Shown piece after piece: positions 30,348 through 39,722 of a DNA stretch of 64,000 nucleotides. Each line of letters opens with the position of its first letter. Position 1 is the stretch's first letter. Source of the DNA: Alphaproteobacteria bacterium (GTDB lineage Bacteria > Pseudomonadota > Alphaproteobacteria > Rhizobiales > NORP267). The DNA lies in contig JAQRMX010000026.1 in NCBI GenBank assembly GCA_028599125.1, positions 17,596 through 81,595 of the forward strand, written 5' to 3'. Below the pieces are notes generated by a model. The model was not told the DNA's origin. It searched no databases and saw nothing but the letters and a program-made list of their open reading frames with translations. The position numbers and the translations under genes were made by a program.

Positions 30348-32189
30348 ATGGCGGTTATGTATTGGATCCAAGGATCTGCAAAAATCTGTTCAGGAAATAA
30401 AAACTCCGGTCCTGGGGGAGAGGTGGATTTGCCTGAGTGGGATTTGAGAGATTTATATGAAAGTCCTTCTGATGAACGATTTTTGAGTGATATGAAGCGC
30501 GCTGGAGATGACGCTTTAGCATTTTCGTCTCGTTACGAAGGCAAACTCAGGGAGTTGGCTGAAACGGCTCCATCGACTCTCGCCTATTCTGTAAAAGAGT
30601 TTGAGGCACTCAATGACTCTCTGGGGCGGCTTATGGTGTATGCTGATTTGCTGTATGAGAGCAATACAAATAAGCCTGAGTGTGTCAAGTTTCGTGCAGA
30701 TGTACAGGAGAAGGTTACAACGATCAGTTCGTCCCTTCTTTTTTTCAGTCTTGAATTGAACGGGATTGATAATAGCATCCTGGATGCAGCGGCACAGCAT
30801 GAGGGACTTTCCTATTACAAGCCCTGGCTTGATGATCTCCGGAAGGATCGTCCTTACCAGCTTGATGCCCATCTTGAACGGCTTTTTCATGAAAAAAGTG
30901 TCACCTCTTCTGTTGCGTGGAATCGTTTGTTTGACGAGACTATCTCGTCCTTGCGCTTTGATGTGGGTGGGGAAACTCTCTCTCTTGAGCCAGTTCTCAA
31001 CAAACTTCTTTCAGAAGAAGAGGAAAAAAGACAAGCGGCTGCAGAGGCATTGGCTGAAACCTTCAACAAGAATCTTCCTCTCTTTGTCTGCATAACGAAT
31101 ACTCTTTCCAAGGATAAGGAAATTTCTGACAAGTGGCGCGGGTTCAAGGATGTGGCATCGTCCCGGCATTTGGCGAACCGGGTCGAAAAGCCTGTGATTG
31201 ATGCGCTTGAACAGGCCGTTGTTGAAGCTTATCCACGTTTATCACATCGCTATTACAGACTGAAAGCCAAGTGGTTAGGGAAAGACAAGCTTGCTCATTG
31301 GGATCGTAACGCGCCCCTTCCGGAACAGTCTTTAAAGGTTGTGTCATGGGCGGAAGCGCGCGGGATTGTTCTTGATGCCTATCATGCTTTTTCCCCGGAG
31401 ATGTCTGAAATTGCTTCGCGCTTTTTTGAGAGAAACTGGATTGATGCGCCGATACGTGATGGTAAGAGCCCCGGTGCATTCGCTCATCCAGCGGTTCCCA
31501 GCGTTCATCCCTATGTGTTGGTCAATTATCAGGGAAAGTTACGTGATGTGATGACGTTAGCCCATGAGATCGGCCATGGCGTACATCAGGTTCTGGCCAG
31601 TTCCCGTGGTGCTCTGATGGCACCCACGTCCCTGACTCTGGCTGAGACTGCGAGTGTTTTTGGTGAGATGCTCACATTCAAATCCTTGCTTGCAAAGGCC
31701 TCAGATGACAAGGAAAGGCGGGGATTGATGGTGCCGAAGGTGGAGGCCATGTTGAATACGGTCGTCAGGCAAATCGCTTTCTATCGTTTTGAGCGTCGTG
31801 TCCATATCTCCCGTGCTGACGGAGAGCTAACAGCAGAGAAAATTGCCGGGATCTGGAATGAAACGCAAGGAGAGAGTCTCGGGCCATTCGTTACGATTGA
31901 TCGTAGTTTTGAAACCTTCTGGTGCGGTGTTCCTCACTTCATACATGCGCCGTTTTACGTCTATGCTTACGCATTTGGAGATTGTCTGGTTAATTCACTT
32001 TTTGCGATTTATGAGACAGGGGGTGAGGGGTTTCGGGATCATTATCTTGATCTGCTTCGGGCTGGAGGTTCAAAGTGCTATACTGAACTGTTGGAGCCTT
32101 TTGGCCTGGAGTCTAGCCCTGATGATCCGGCTTTCTGGACGATGGGATTATCAGTTATTGAACGAATGATTGATGATCTTGAATCATGA
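30348..32189 (+). CDS. pepF: Oligoendopeptidase F family (M3B) metallopeptidase
   Basis: 613 aa with the zinc motif HEIGHGVH and the downstream ETASVFGE. Confidence 0.85.
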   Translation: MAVMYWIQGSAKICSGNKNSGPGGEVDLPEWDLRDLYESPSDERFLSDMKRAGDDALAFSSRYEGKLRELAETAPSTLAYSVKEFEALNDSLGRLMVYADLLYESNTNKPECVKFRADVQEKVTTISSSLLFFSLELNGIDNSILDAAAQHEGLSYYKPWLDDLRKDRPYQLDAHLERLFHEKSVTSSVAWNRLFDETISSLRFDVGGETLSLEPVLNKLLSEEEEKRQAAAEALAETFNKNLPLFVCITNTLSKDKEISDKWRGFKDVASSRHLANRVEKPVIDALEQAVVEAYPRLSHRYYRLKAKWLGKDKLAHWDRNAPLPEQSLKVVSWAEARGIVLDAYHAFSPEMSEIASRFFERNWIDAPIRDGKSPGAFAHPAVPSVHPYVLVNYQGKLRDVMTLAHEIGHGVHQVLASSRGALMAPTSLTLAETASVFGEMLTFKSLLAKASDDKERRGLMVPKVEAMLNTVVRQIAFYRFERRVHISRADGELTAEKIAGIWNETQGESLGPFVTIDRSFETFWCGVPHFIHAPFYVYAYAFGDCLVNSLFAIYETGGEGFRDHYLDLLRAGGSKCYTELLEPFGLESSPDDPAFWTMGLSVIERMIDDLES

Positions 32190-32244
32190 TTATACGACGG
32201 TATGTGAAGGTGTTTGGGTTTGCTTGATCTGGAGGTGATTTGCT

Positions 32245-32538
32245 ATGTCCGAGACAAAATTTACTGTTGGCACTGCTCCTGGGAATGATTATCCAGAGCA
32301 TGAACGAACATATGTTTCTTTTATCCGTTTTTCTGTCGGATCTGTACTGGCGTTTGTTTTGATTCTGGTTTCACTCGTTGGGATGGGTGTAATAGGAGGA
32401 AGCGCTTTTTACGTTAGTGCAGCCGGTTTACTTCTAGGTTTTGTTCTGATTGCAGCGACGCTTATTTCAGGACTGGAGTGGTCTTTAACTCTGTTTTTTA
32501 TTATCTTTCTGAGTATTGCGTTGTTGCCGTTTGCCTGA
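32245..32538 (+). CDS. aa3-type cytochrome c oxidase subunit IV-like small membrane protein
   Basis: The N-terminal pattern PEHERTYVSFIRFSVGSVLAFVLILV resembles the alphaproteobacterial COX4_pro_2 family. It is longer than I would expect, with an extra TM segment. Confidence 0.5.
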   Translation: MSETKFTVGTAPGNDYPEHERTYVSFIRFSVGSVLAFVLILVSLVGMGVIGGSAFYVSAAGLLLGFVLIAATLISGLEWSLTLFFIIFLSIALLPFA

Positions 32539-32574
32539 GCTTTATTCTTTTTTTCTGTCTCTGCGGTTTCGCCT

Positions 32575-33126
32575 TTATGAGGAGAAGAGAGGTTCTTCCG
32601 GGAGGCATGATTTCTTCGGGTAGAAAAAAGGCACTTGAAAGGGGCAGCCTGTGCTTGCAGGTCTTCCCTGGCCAATTTTTTCAACGGCCTTGATCATCCG
32701 GCCTTTGCGCCCGAGCAGCTCGTCGCCATAGCCAATAATGCGCTTGTTGGGCATGGCAGTCGGTGAAGCTTTGCGTAATGCGAGGGCTATCTCCGTCTCG
32801 TCAATCTCCGGATTATGCATACATACAGCGATAAAGGCGGCGGCTGTTGAACGACTGATACCGGCCCAGCAGTGAATCAGCATGGGGCTGCTTTTTTCCC
32901 AGTCACCAATAAATCTGATGAGTCGTTCCACATGGGAAATCTGAGGTAATTTCAGGTATATGTGGGCTTCATTGATATCATTGAAACAGAATTTCAGATG
33001 ACGGTCAGTGTCAATTTCTTGAACGAAAGGAATATCGTCTTTGGTGCTGACAAGCGTAATAAGATGAGTAATGCTATACTGCCTGACAATTTGCTTGACA
33101 TGATTAAGAGGACAGACGTAGAGCAT
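32575..33126 (-). CDS. Protein-tyrosine / dual-specificity phosphatase family protein
   Basis: It carries the CX5R P-loop HCWAGISRST. I preferred the start at MLYVCPLNH (33126), although the ORF is open to 33216. Confidence 0.7.
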   Translation of the reverse strand: MLYVCPLNHVKQIVRQYSITHLITLVSTKDDIPFVQEIDTDRHLKFCFNDINEAHIYLKLPQISHVERLIRFIGDWEKSSPMLIHCWAGISRSTAAAFIAVCMHNPEIDETEIALALRKASPTAMPNKRIIGYGDELLGRKGRMIKAVEKIGQGRPASTGCPFQVPFFYPKKSCLPEEPLFSS

Positions 33127-33276
33127 AATTTTTACCTTACTCAGATGATCGGGAATCGTGTGATGTCCGGATAAAAGAAGGGTGTTGTCGAGACCTGCTT
33201 TCGGCACCCATTCCATTTTTCCTGAACGGGGACGAATCTAAATGGATCAAGGTTTGCCTTTCGCTATATTTTTCTC

Positions 33277-34188
33277 TCATATTTTCCTTTCCGCCGTCCT
33301 GTATTTCTCGTCCGAGTAGGGGGCCGGAGAGAGTTTCTGAAGAGACGCCTGTTGCCGGAGCTCCGGCTTGATGATGCTGCTTCCGGCGATCAAGGGTAGG
33401 TTTTTTTCTATAGCCAGCAGGGCGTGGTCAAGCCGCAGCATAGCGAGGCCACTATTATCAGAGGCAAGAGAACCGATCGTGCCGATGACGCGGGTTCCCA
33501 TTTTTATTTCGTCTCCGGTTGATGGTTTTTTTCCGTCCCAACGGATCGGGACAATGCGTTTGCGCACGGTAGTACGATTATGCATTCGTGAAACGACTTC
33601 CTGTCCGACATAACAGCCCTTACTGAAGGAAAGACCGCCAAGCCTGTCCATATTTGCCTCATGCGGGAATGTCTGCCCAAATGTAAAATCAAGGCCACCT
33701 TCCGGCACTGCATGTGCAATCCGGCAGGCATGATAATCTTCCAATTCTGAAATATGACTCCCGCCACGCATATCTGACGATAGAAGGAAGGGGAATACGG
33801 CGCGCCAGACGGTTGCGCCCATACGTGGATCCTGATGGAAGTGAGTGCTATTTTCTGGTATGCTATGGTAGAGTGCAACGATCCTGTGTGTATCGGACAG
33901 GTTTTTTATAGTGACCTTTGCGTGAAGTTTGTAATTTTCCAGTTGTTTAATGAGCGTTTTGATTTGATCTGCACGGCAGTCAAGAATGAGGCCCCCGTCT
34001 GTGAGTGAGATGAGCATATCAAACAATATTTTTCCCTGGGGGCTAAGGAGAGCAGCAAAGAGTGCTTCTCCTGCCCGGAGAGCCTTTATATCGTTTGTGA
34101 GCAATCCCTGCAGGAAGCTATGGGCTTCTGGTCCCGTAACAGAAATGGGAGCACGATCAGTCAGGACAGTGTCATATTTTTCGTTCAT
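33277..34188 (-). CDS. ygfZ: Folate-binding Fe-S cluster repair protein YgfZ / CAF17 family
   Basis: 303 aa with the signature KGCYVGQEVVSRM and a GcvT-like N-terminal domain. Confidence 0.8.
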   Translation of the reverse strand: MNEKYDTVLTDRAPISVTGPEAHSFLQGLLTNDIKALRAGEALFAALLSPQGKILFDMLISLTDGGLILDCRADQIKTLIKQLENYKLHAKVTIKNLSDTHRIVALYHSIPENSTHFHQDPRMGATVWRAVFPFLLSSDMRGGSHISELEDYHACRIAHAVPEGGLDFTFGQTFPHEANMDRLGGLSFSKGCYVGQEVVSRMHNRTTVRKRIVPIRWDGKKPSTGDEIKMGTRVIGTIGSLASDNSGLAMLRLDHALLAIEKNLPLIAGSSIIKPELRQQASLQKLSPAPYSDEKYRTAERKI

Positions 34189-34300
34189 TGTTCTGTTCCT
34201 TTTCTTCCACTCGCGTGACTGTATCCGTGAAATTTATATTTCGCAATCAGAAGGGGAGTGGACAGGCTTTGTGTCCTGGGACAGGAATTTATAAAGAGAG

Positions 34301-35644
34301 TTGATCGGGGAGGTTATCAGGGTGCTTCAAATTTATGATTCTCTTTTGAAAGGGGGCACGATTGTTAACCAAAATGGCTGTCTGAGAGCTGATTTGGGTA
34401 TTCGTGATGGGCGTATTGTTGCTTTTGGTCTTCTTGATGAGACGCACGCAGGACAGATTGTTGATTGTCGAGGATTGCATATTCTTCCTGGTGTGATTGA
34501 TACACATGTGCATTTTCGTGATCCGGGTAATACGCATAAGGAAAGCATGGAAAGTGGCTCCCGCGCTGCTGTTCTGGGGGGTGTAACGGCTATTTTTGAT
34601 ATGCCTAACACAATCCCCCAAACTACAACTGAATCGGCATTGGCGGCCAAGATTTCACACGGTCGTAACCATATGCATTGTGATTTTTCTTTTTTTGTAG
34701 GTGCCACGAAAGACAATATTGAGCAGCTGGCGAATCTGGAATGGCAGGCGGGTTGTTGCGGGATAAAAGTATTTATGGGCTCGTCAACCGGAAATTTACT
34801 GCTTGATGATGATGATGACGTTGCTGCTATTTTGCGTGGGACGACAAGACGTGTCGCCTTTCACTGTGAAGATGAGGCTCTGCTGCGTGCATGTACGCAT
34901 CTGCGTGTAAAAGGCAACCCGGAGACGCATACATTGTGGCGAAGTGCTGAAGCTGCTTTGATGTGTACGACCCGTCTTTTGCATTTAGCCCGGAAGGTAG
35001 AGCGCCGTGTTCACCTCTTGCATGTGTCGACTGCAGAGGAAATGTCTTTACTGTCCGATTTTCGTGATATTGCCAGTGTTGAGGTCACTCCGCATCATCT
35101 GACTCTTGAAGAGAATGAAAGTTATACGCGTCTGGGGACATTTGCGCAGGTGAACCCTCCTTTGCGTAATTCAGCTCATCAATTGGCGTTGTGGTCTGCG
35201 GTGAGGGGGGGACTGGCTGATGTTATCGGTTCTGACCATGCCCCACATACGCGGGATGAAAAGAATCGGCCTTATCCGGAATCTCCCTCTGGTATGCCCG
35301 GGGTACAGACATTCGTGCCTGTTATGCTTCACCATGTACATACAGGTCGTTTGACTCTGGAACGCTTTGTGGATTTGACAAGTGCTGGTCCGGCCCGTCT
35401 TTATGGGATTGCAGGTAAGGGGCGCATCGCGGAGGGTTATGATGCGGATCTGACTATTGTTGACCTGAAGCGTCAGGAAAGACTCTCTGATCAATGGATT
35501 GTTTCAGAATGTGGTTGGACGGCATTTGATGGCATGGAAGTGACAGGGTGGCCAGTGGGATGCTATGTGCGCGGGAGACAGGTCATGTGGGAGGGAGAAT
35601 TGGTAGAAAGTTTTGTCGGGACCCCGATGCGTTTTACAAGGTGA
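34301..35644 (+). CDS. pyrC: Dihydroorotase (amidohydrolase superfamily)
   Basis: 447 aa with PGVIDTHVHFRDPG, GGVT..FDMPN and GSDHAPHT. Confidence 0.85.
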   Translation: MIGEVIRVLQIYDSLLKGGTIVNQNGCLRADLGIRDGRIVAFGLLDETHAGQIVDCRGLHILPGVIDTHVHFRDPGNTHKESMESGSRAAVLGGVTAIFDMPNTIPQTTTESALAAKISHGRNHMHCDFSFFVGATKDNIEQLANLEWQAGCCGIKVFMGSSTGNLLLDDDDDVAAILRGTTRRVAFHCEDEALLRACTHLRVKGNPETHTLWRSAEAALMCTTRLLHLARKVERRVHLLHVSTAEEMSLLSDFRDIASVEVTPHHLTLEENESYTRLGTFAQVNPPLRNSAHQLALWSAVRGGLADVIGSDHAPHTRDEKNRPYPESPSGMPGVQTFVPVMLHHVHTGRLTLERFVDLTSAGPARLYGIAGKGRIAEGYDADLTIVDLKRQERLSDQWIVSECGWTAFDGMEVTGWPVGCYVRGRQVMWEGELVESFVGTPMRFTR

Positions 35645-35796
35645 GCCTGTTTCTTTTATTGGTGATGATTTTTGTGACAGGGTCGCTTCTGTCTTCAACA
35701 GGCTTTCTATAATCGGTGCAAGCAAGAGTGCTTCTTTTGCTTCTGTTTTACGGGATATAGTTACAGAGTCGATTCTTTTCATGATGCAGGAAATGA

Positions 35797-36075
35797 TCAC
35801 TGCATGGTTCTATGGAGAGAAAATTCACCTTGCTGGACGCGCTGCGCTAAGCCAGCGGTCATTTCCGCAACAGCATCTTCTCCATAGATTGTAACAAGAT
35901 CACTGAAAGCCTTAAAGAGAGCCGCGTTAGCGATCAATTCAGTCTCAAGGCCCTCATAAAGAGCATCATTCCATGCACTGAGAACATATCCCAATGCTGT
36001 TTTTTTTTGCTGCTTCAGCTCTTCATGATCTTCATCTGAAAGTGCAGAAAGAGTTTTCAGTAATGTCATGGGCAC
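35797..36075 (-). CDS. Hypothetical helical protein (92 aa)
   Basis: The frame has plausible composition and lies between pyrC and the FAD oxidase gene. I do not recognise a family. Confidence 0.35.
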   Translation of the reverse strand: MPMTLLKTLSALSDEDHEELKQQKKTALGYVLSAWNDALYEGLETELIANAALFKAFSDLVTIYGEDAVAEMTAGLAQRVQQGEFSLHRTMQ

Positions 36076-36290
36076 CTACTTTTCACAAAAGTCTTCTAAT
36101 TTTTAGCATGTCACAGCGTCTCATATTAGACCTTTGCCTGCGGAATTCACAACTAATTGTTTTTTTTAATTGCGCTTCCCCGCGAGAGCTTTTTCCTTTA
36201 TCCTTACTTTCCCTTTCCATAAGAGCACGGCCTGCGCGTAGCAAGAGTGAGAGGGCGAGATCTAATCTTCGGGTTTTGTTCACCCTGGGT

Positions 36291-37760
36291 TCACTCTTCT
36301 TGTTCTGCAGGGGGGAGGAGTGTTCCTGGATTGAGGATTCTTCCGGGGTCCAGTATGTTTTTGAATTGTTGCATCAGTTTGAGTTCGACATCACTTCTAA
36401 ACTGTTTCATCAGGCCACGCTTTGCGCGTCCAATTCCATGTTCAGCGCTTATAGATCCTTCATGGCGGTTGACCAGGGCGTGGATAGCTGTATTGAGTTT
36501 TTCCCTTTGGCGGAGGAAAACAGAGATATCTGCTCCAGGGGGCTGGCTGACATTGTAGTGTATGTTTCCATCTCCGAGATGACCGAAGGGAACAGGGCGT
36601 GCGCCGGGAATGTTTTTTTCCACCAGTGCTGCTGCCTCATTAAGAAATTTCGGGATGACCCCTATGGGGAGAGCAATGTCATGTTTAATGGAGCCGCCTT
36701 CATTTTTTTGGGCTTGTGACATGCCCGTACGGAGCTGCCAGAATGACTGCGCTTGCTTGCGGGTTTCTGCTTGCGCGGTCATGTGGACCCGCTCTGTTTT
36801 TCTGAAGGAAGTGAGCATAGCTGCAACGCGCGTGCGCAAAAGATCAGGGTCTTCTCCCGAGACGATGTCAAAGAGTATGTACCAAGGTGAGGGGGAAAGG
36901 AAAGGAAAGTTTACACCCGAAATATGACGGAGGCCAAAACATATTGCGATGTCCGGAAGCAGCTCAAAGCTTGTAAGGGACTGTCCAAACAGATCCTTGA
37001 CTTTGTGAAGCAGGCCAATAGCGGCCTCAGGATCGGGCAGAGCGATATAGACGGTTTCTTCTGCGCGCGGTCTGGAAAATAATTTCAGAACTGCGGCAGT
37101 GATGATTCCAAGCGTTCCTTCTGAGCCGATAAAGATATTTTTCAGGTCATATCCTGTGTTGTCTTTTCTTAAGTGCCGCAGGCTGTCCAGAATTTCTCCG
37201 TTTGCGAGTACGACTTGCAGTCCCAGCGTAAGATCTCTCGTGGTCCCATAGGAGAGTGCATTTACTCCTCCTGCGTTTGTGGACAGGTTTCCACCGATCT
37301 GGCTCTGTCCGTCTGGTCCGAGACGGAGGGGGAAGAGACGGTTTACGGAAGAAGCTTTTTCCTGAATGTAGGCCAGTGTGCATCCTGCTTGTACCGTGAT
37401 TGTATCACTATCAGTATCAATGTTGAGAATCCGGTTCAATCGGCTCAGGGAGAGGAGGAGTTCATTTCCTTTCCGGGAGGGAATTTGTCCACCGACCAGC
37501 CCTGTATTTCCGCCTTGTGGAACAATTGCTGTGGAAGTCGCATTAGCCAGCTTCATGATTTCTGTAATTTCCCTCACGCTTCCGGGACGAAGAACCATTG
37601 GTGACTGACCATGGAATCTGTCGCGCCATTCCCTAAGAAAAGGGCGAATATCTTCCTGATCACGCAGAGCATGAGGAGTGCCGACAATCTGCTCGAAACG
37701 GTCAAGTAGGTCATTGGAAGGAGGAGAAAATGAGGGATATCCGGTTTGCATGGGTCGCAT
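36291..37760 (-). CDS. FAD-linked oxidase (GlcD / D-2-hydroxyacid dehydrogenase family)
   Basis: 489 aa with an FAD_binding_4 pattern (VPQGGNTGLVGG, GGNLSTNAGG) and a C-terminal FAD-oxidase_C region (HLGDGNIH, SAEHGIG). Confidence 0.85.
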   Translation of the reverse strand: MRPMQTGYPSFSPPSNDLLDRFEQIVGTPHALRDQEDIRPFLREWRDRFHGQSPMVLRPGSVREITEIMKLANATSTAIVPQGGNTGLVGGQIPSRKGNELLLSLSRLNRILNIDTDSDTITVQAGCTLAYIQEKASSVNRLFPLRLGPDGQSQIGGNLSTNAGGVNALSYGTTRDLTLGLQVVLANGEILDSLRHLRKDNTGYDLKNIFIGSEGTLGIITAAVLKLFSRPRAEETVYIALPDPEAAIGLLHKVKDLFGQSLTSFELLPDIAICFGLRHISGVNFPFLSPSPWYILFDIVSGEDPDLLRTRVAAMLTSFRKTERVHMTAQAETRKQAQSFWQLRTGMSQAQKNEGGSIKHDIALPIGVIPKFLNEAAALVEKNIPGARPVPFGHLGDGNIHYNVSQPPGADISVFLRQREKLNTAIHALVNRHEGSISAEHGIGRAKRGLMKQFRSDVELKLMQQFKNILDPGRILNPGTLLPPAEQEE

Positions 37761-38472
37761 TTATATCCAGGTTACATATGCGCTTTGGTATGGGCGTTTC
37801 GGAATATAAGGATTACATGTTTTTTTCCTTCGGGGGAGCAATTTTTACGTTTGTGGGCCAAAGTACGCATTAGTCGGGACAGATGATCTTTTAACGGGCC
37901 GTTTTTTTCCTATGAAGGTGATCTTTTTTTGTATCCTTTTTTCTTTCTGCCTGTTCTTTTTTGTGGTTAGTTTTCCTGCATCTGGTCGGCTGGTGGTTCG
38001 GTTGCGATTTCCTGGTTTGTTTTTCTTCTGTTAGGAATAATGAGTTTTATCTTGAACAAACATAAAAAGTTTCCTAAACTGATTTTGCCCAAATTCGCAC
38101 GTGCCTGTGGTCATGCGTGAGGCGATTCTCCTGAGCTTCTCTGAGTTTTAGCTCTATGATCGTTTTCTTCGTGGCTTAAAGCAACGACGGTCAGGGCTTT
38201 TTTGGTCTCTTCCGGCTTTCCATCAGCCGGGGTCACTAAGGAGGCACACCATCATTGCCGGGACGTGCGGGGAGTTCTTCTTTTCCAATCGTTGGCATTC
38301 GTTTCGCAGCTCGTCTTTGAGGACGGGCTGTCTCTACCAGAGCTGTGTATTTTCAGTTACTGGTGGATATGTCATTCGACCGGGTGGCATGGTTTGTGGA
38401 TTGGCGTGTTGTTTTTGTCATCCTCTTGCCTATGTAGCCCTGTCGGTAGCGTTTGTGACGGGAGGGACGCAG

Positions 38473-39603
38473 ATGAATGATCGGTTTAAGAAATTTCTTG
38501 ATGTGCAGCAGCCCGAGAGCCCATGTCTTCTTCTTGACTTGGATATTGTTCGTCTCAATTATGAGTCTTTTGCCGAAAGCCTGCCGGATACGCAGGTTTT
38601 TTATGCTGTGAAGGCAAATCCTGCACCTGAAGTTCTCAATCTTCTTTATGAGCTCGGTTCTTCCTTTGATTGTGCGTCTATGGGTGAGATTGAGCTTGTT
38701 TTGGCGACAGGTGCAGGCCCGGATCGCATTTCTTTTGGCAACACGATCAAGAAGAAAAGGGATATTGAGCGTGCGTTTCAGCTGGGGATCTGTCTTTTTG
38801 CTGTTGATTGCGATGCAGAGGTGGAGAAGGTAGCGCAAGTTGCCGCCGGCTCAAAGATTTTCTGCCGTGTTCTCTGTGATGGTACTGGTTCTTCCTGGCC
38901 GTTATCAAACAAATTTGGCTGTGATTCGGTCATGGCCGTTGATGTCCTGGAATATGCGCATACCCTGGGGTTGCAGGTGGAGGGCGTGTCCTTTCATGTT
39001 GGTTCCCAGCAGGCTGATCCTGGGGCGTGGGATCACGCTCTGGCGATTGCCGCGAGTGTTTTTCGGACCCTTGCGCAGCGTGGTATTCAGTTAAAAATGA
39101 TTAATCTGGGGGGAGGGTTCCCAGCTTGCCGACTGCATCATGTACCGGACAAGGAGACATATGGTCGCGCAATTTTTTCTTCTTTGCGGACCCATTTTGG
39201 AAATTGCATCCCTGAGACCATTATTGAACCGGGGCGTGGTATGGTTGCTGATGCCGGCCTTATCAAGGCAGAAGTTGTCCTGATTTCGAAGAAGACGAAG
39301 CTTGATACCAGGCGCTGGGTTTACCTTGATATTGGTAAATTTGGCGGTTTAGCTGAAACCATGAGTGAATCGATCCGTTATCCAATCCGTACGCCCCGTG
39401 ATAATTGCGAGAAGGCGCCGGTTGTTCTCGCGGGACCTACATGTGACAGTGTGGATGTACTTTATGAGAAAACGCCTTTTATGTTACCTGTTTCATTGCA
39501 GATTGGTGATGAGGTCTTAATTGAGGCTACAGGAGCCTATACCATGACATACGCATCGAATCATTTTAATGGGATTCCTCCCCTTGCTTATTTTGTTATC
39601 TGA
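38473..39603 (+). CDS. Ornithine (lysine/ornithine) decarboxylase, alanine-racemase-fold PLP enzyme
   Basis: It has the PLP-lysine motif FYAVKANP, plus GGGFP and PTCDSVD. The ATG at 38473 directly follows GGAGGGA. The 5' extension of the ORF back to 38317 is hydrophobic and looks like nonsense. Confidence 0.9.
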   Translation: MNDRFKKFLDVQQPESPCLLLDLDIVRLNYESFAESLPDTQVFYAVKANPAPEVLNLLYELGSSFDCASMGEIELVLATGAGPDRISFGNTIKKKRDIERAFQLGICLFAVDCDAEVEKVAQVAAGSKIFCRVLCDGTGSSWPLSNKFGCDSVMAVDVLEYAHTLGLQVEGVSFHVGSQQADPGAWDHALAIAASVFRTLAQRGIQLKMINLGGGFPACRLHHVPDKETYGRAIFSSLRTHFGNCIPETIIEPGRGMVADAGLIKAEVVLISKKTKLDTRRWVYLDIGKFGGLAETMSESIRYPIRTPRDNCEKAPVVLAGPTCDSVDVLYEKTPFMLPVSLQIGDEVLIEATGAYTMTYASNHFNGIPPLAYFVI

Positions 39604-39722
39604 CATCGGCAAGAGGTAGCAGGGTTTCTGTTTCTTGTTTCTTACAGGGGCGACTATTTTTTCTTATTTTGATATGAGTTTTTTACCGGATAGCAAGAGG
39701 GAGCTGGGGGGAGGGGACGGAT

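Noticed and set aside
38317-38472. N-terminal 52 aa extension of the ornithine decarboxylase ORF.
   Set aside because: The extension is Cys/Gly/Val-rich nonsense with no homology to ODC N-termini. The ATG at 38473 has a strong GGAGGGA site and yields the usual N-terminus.
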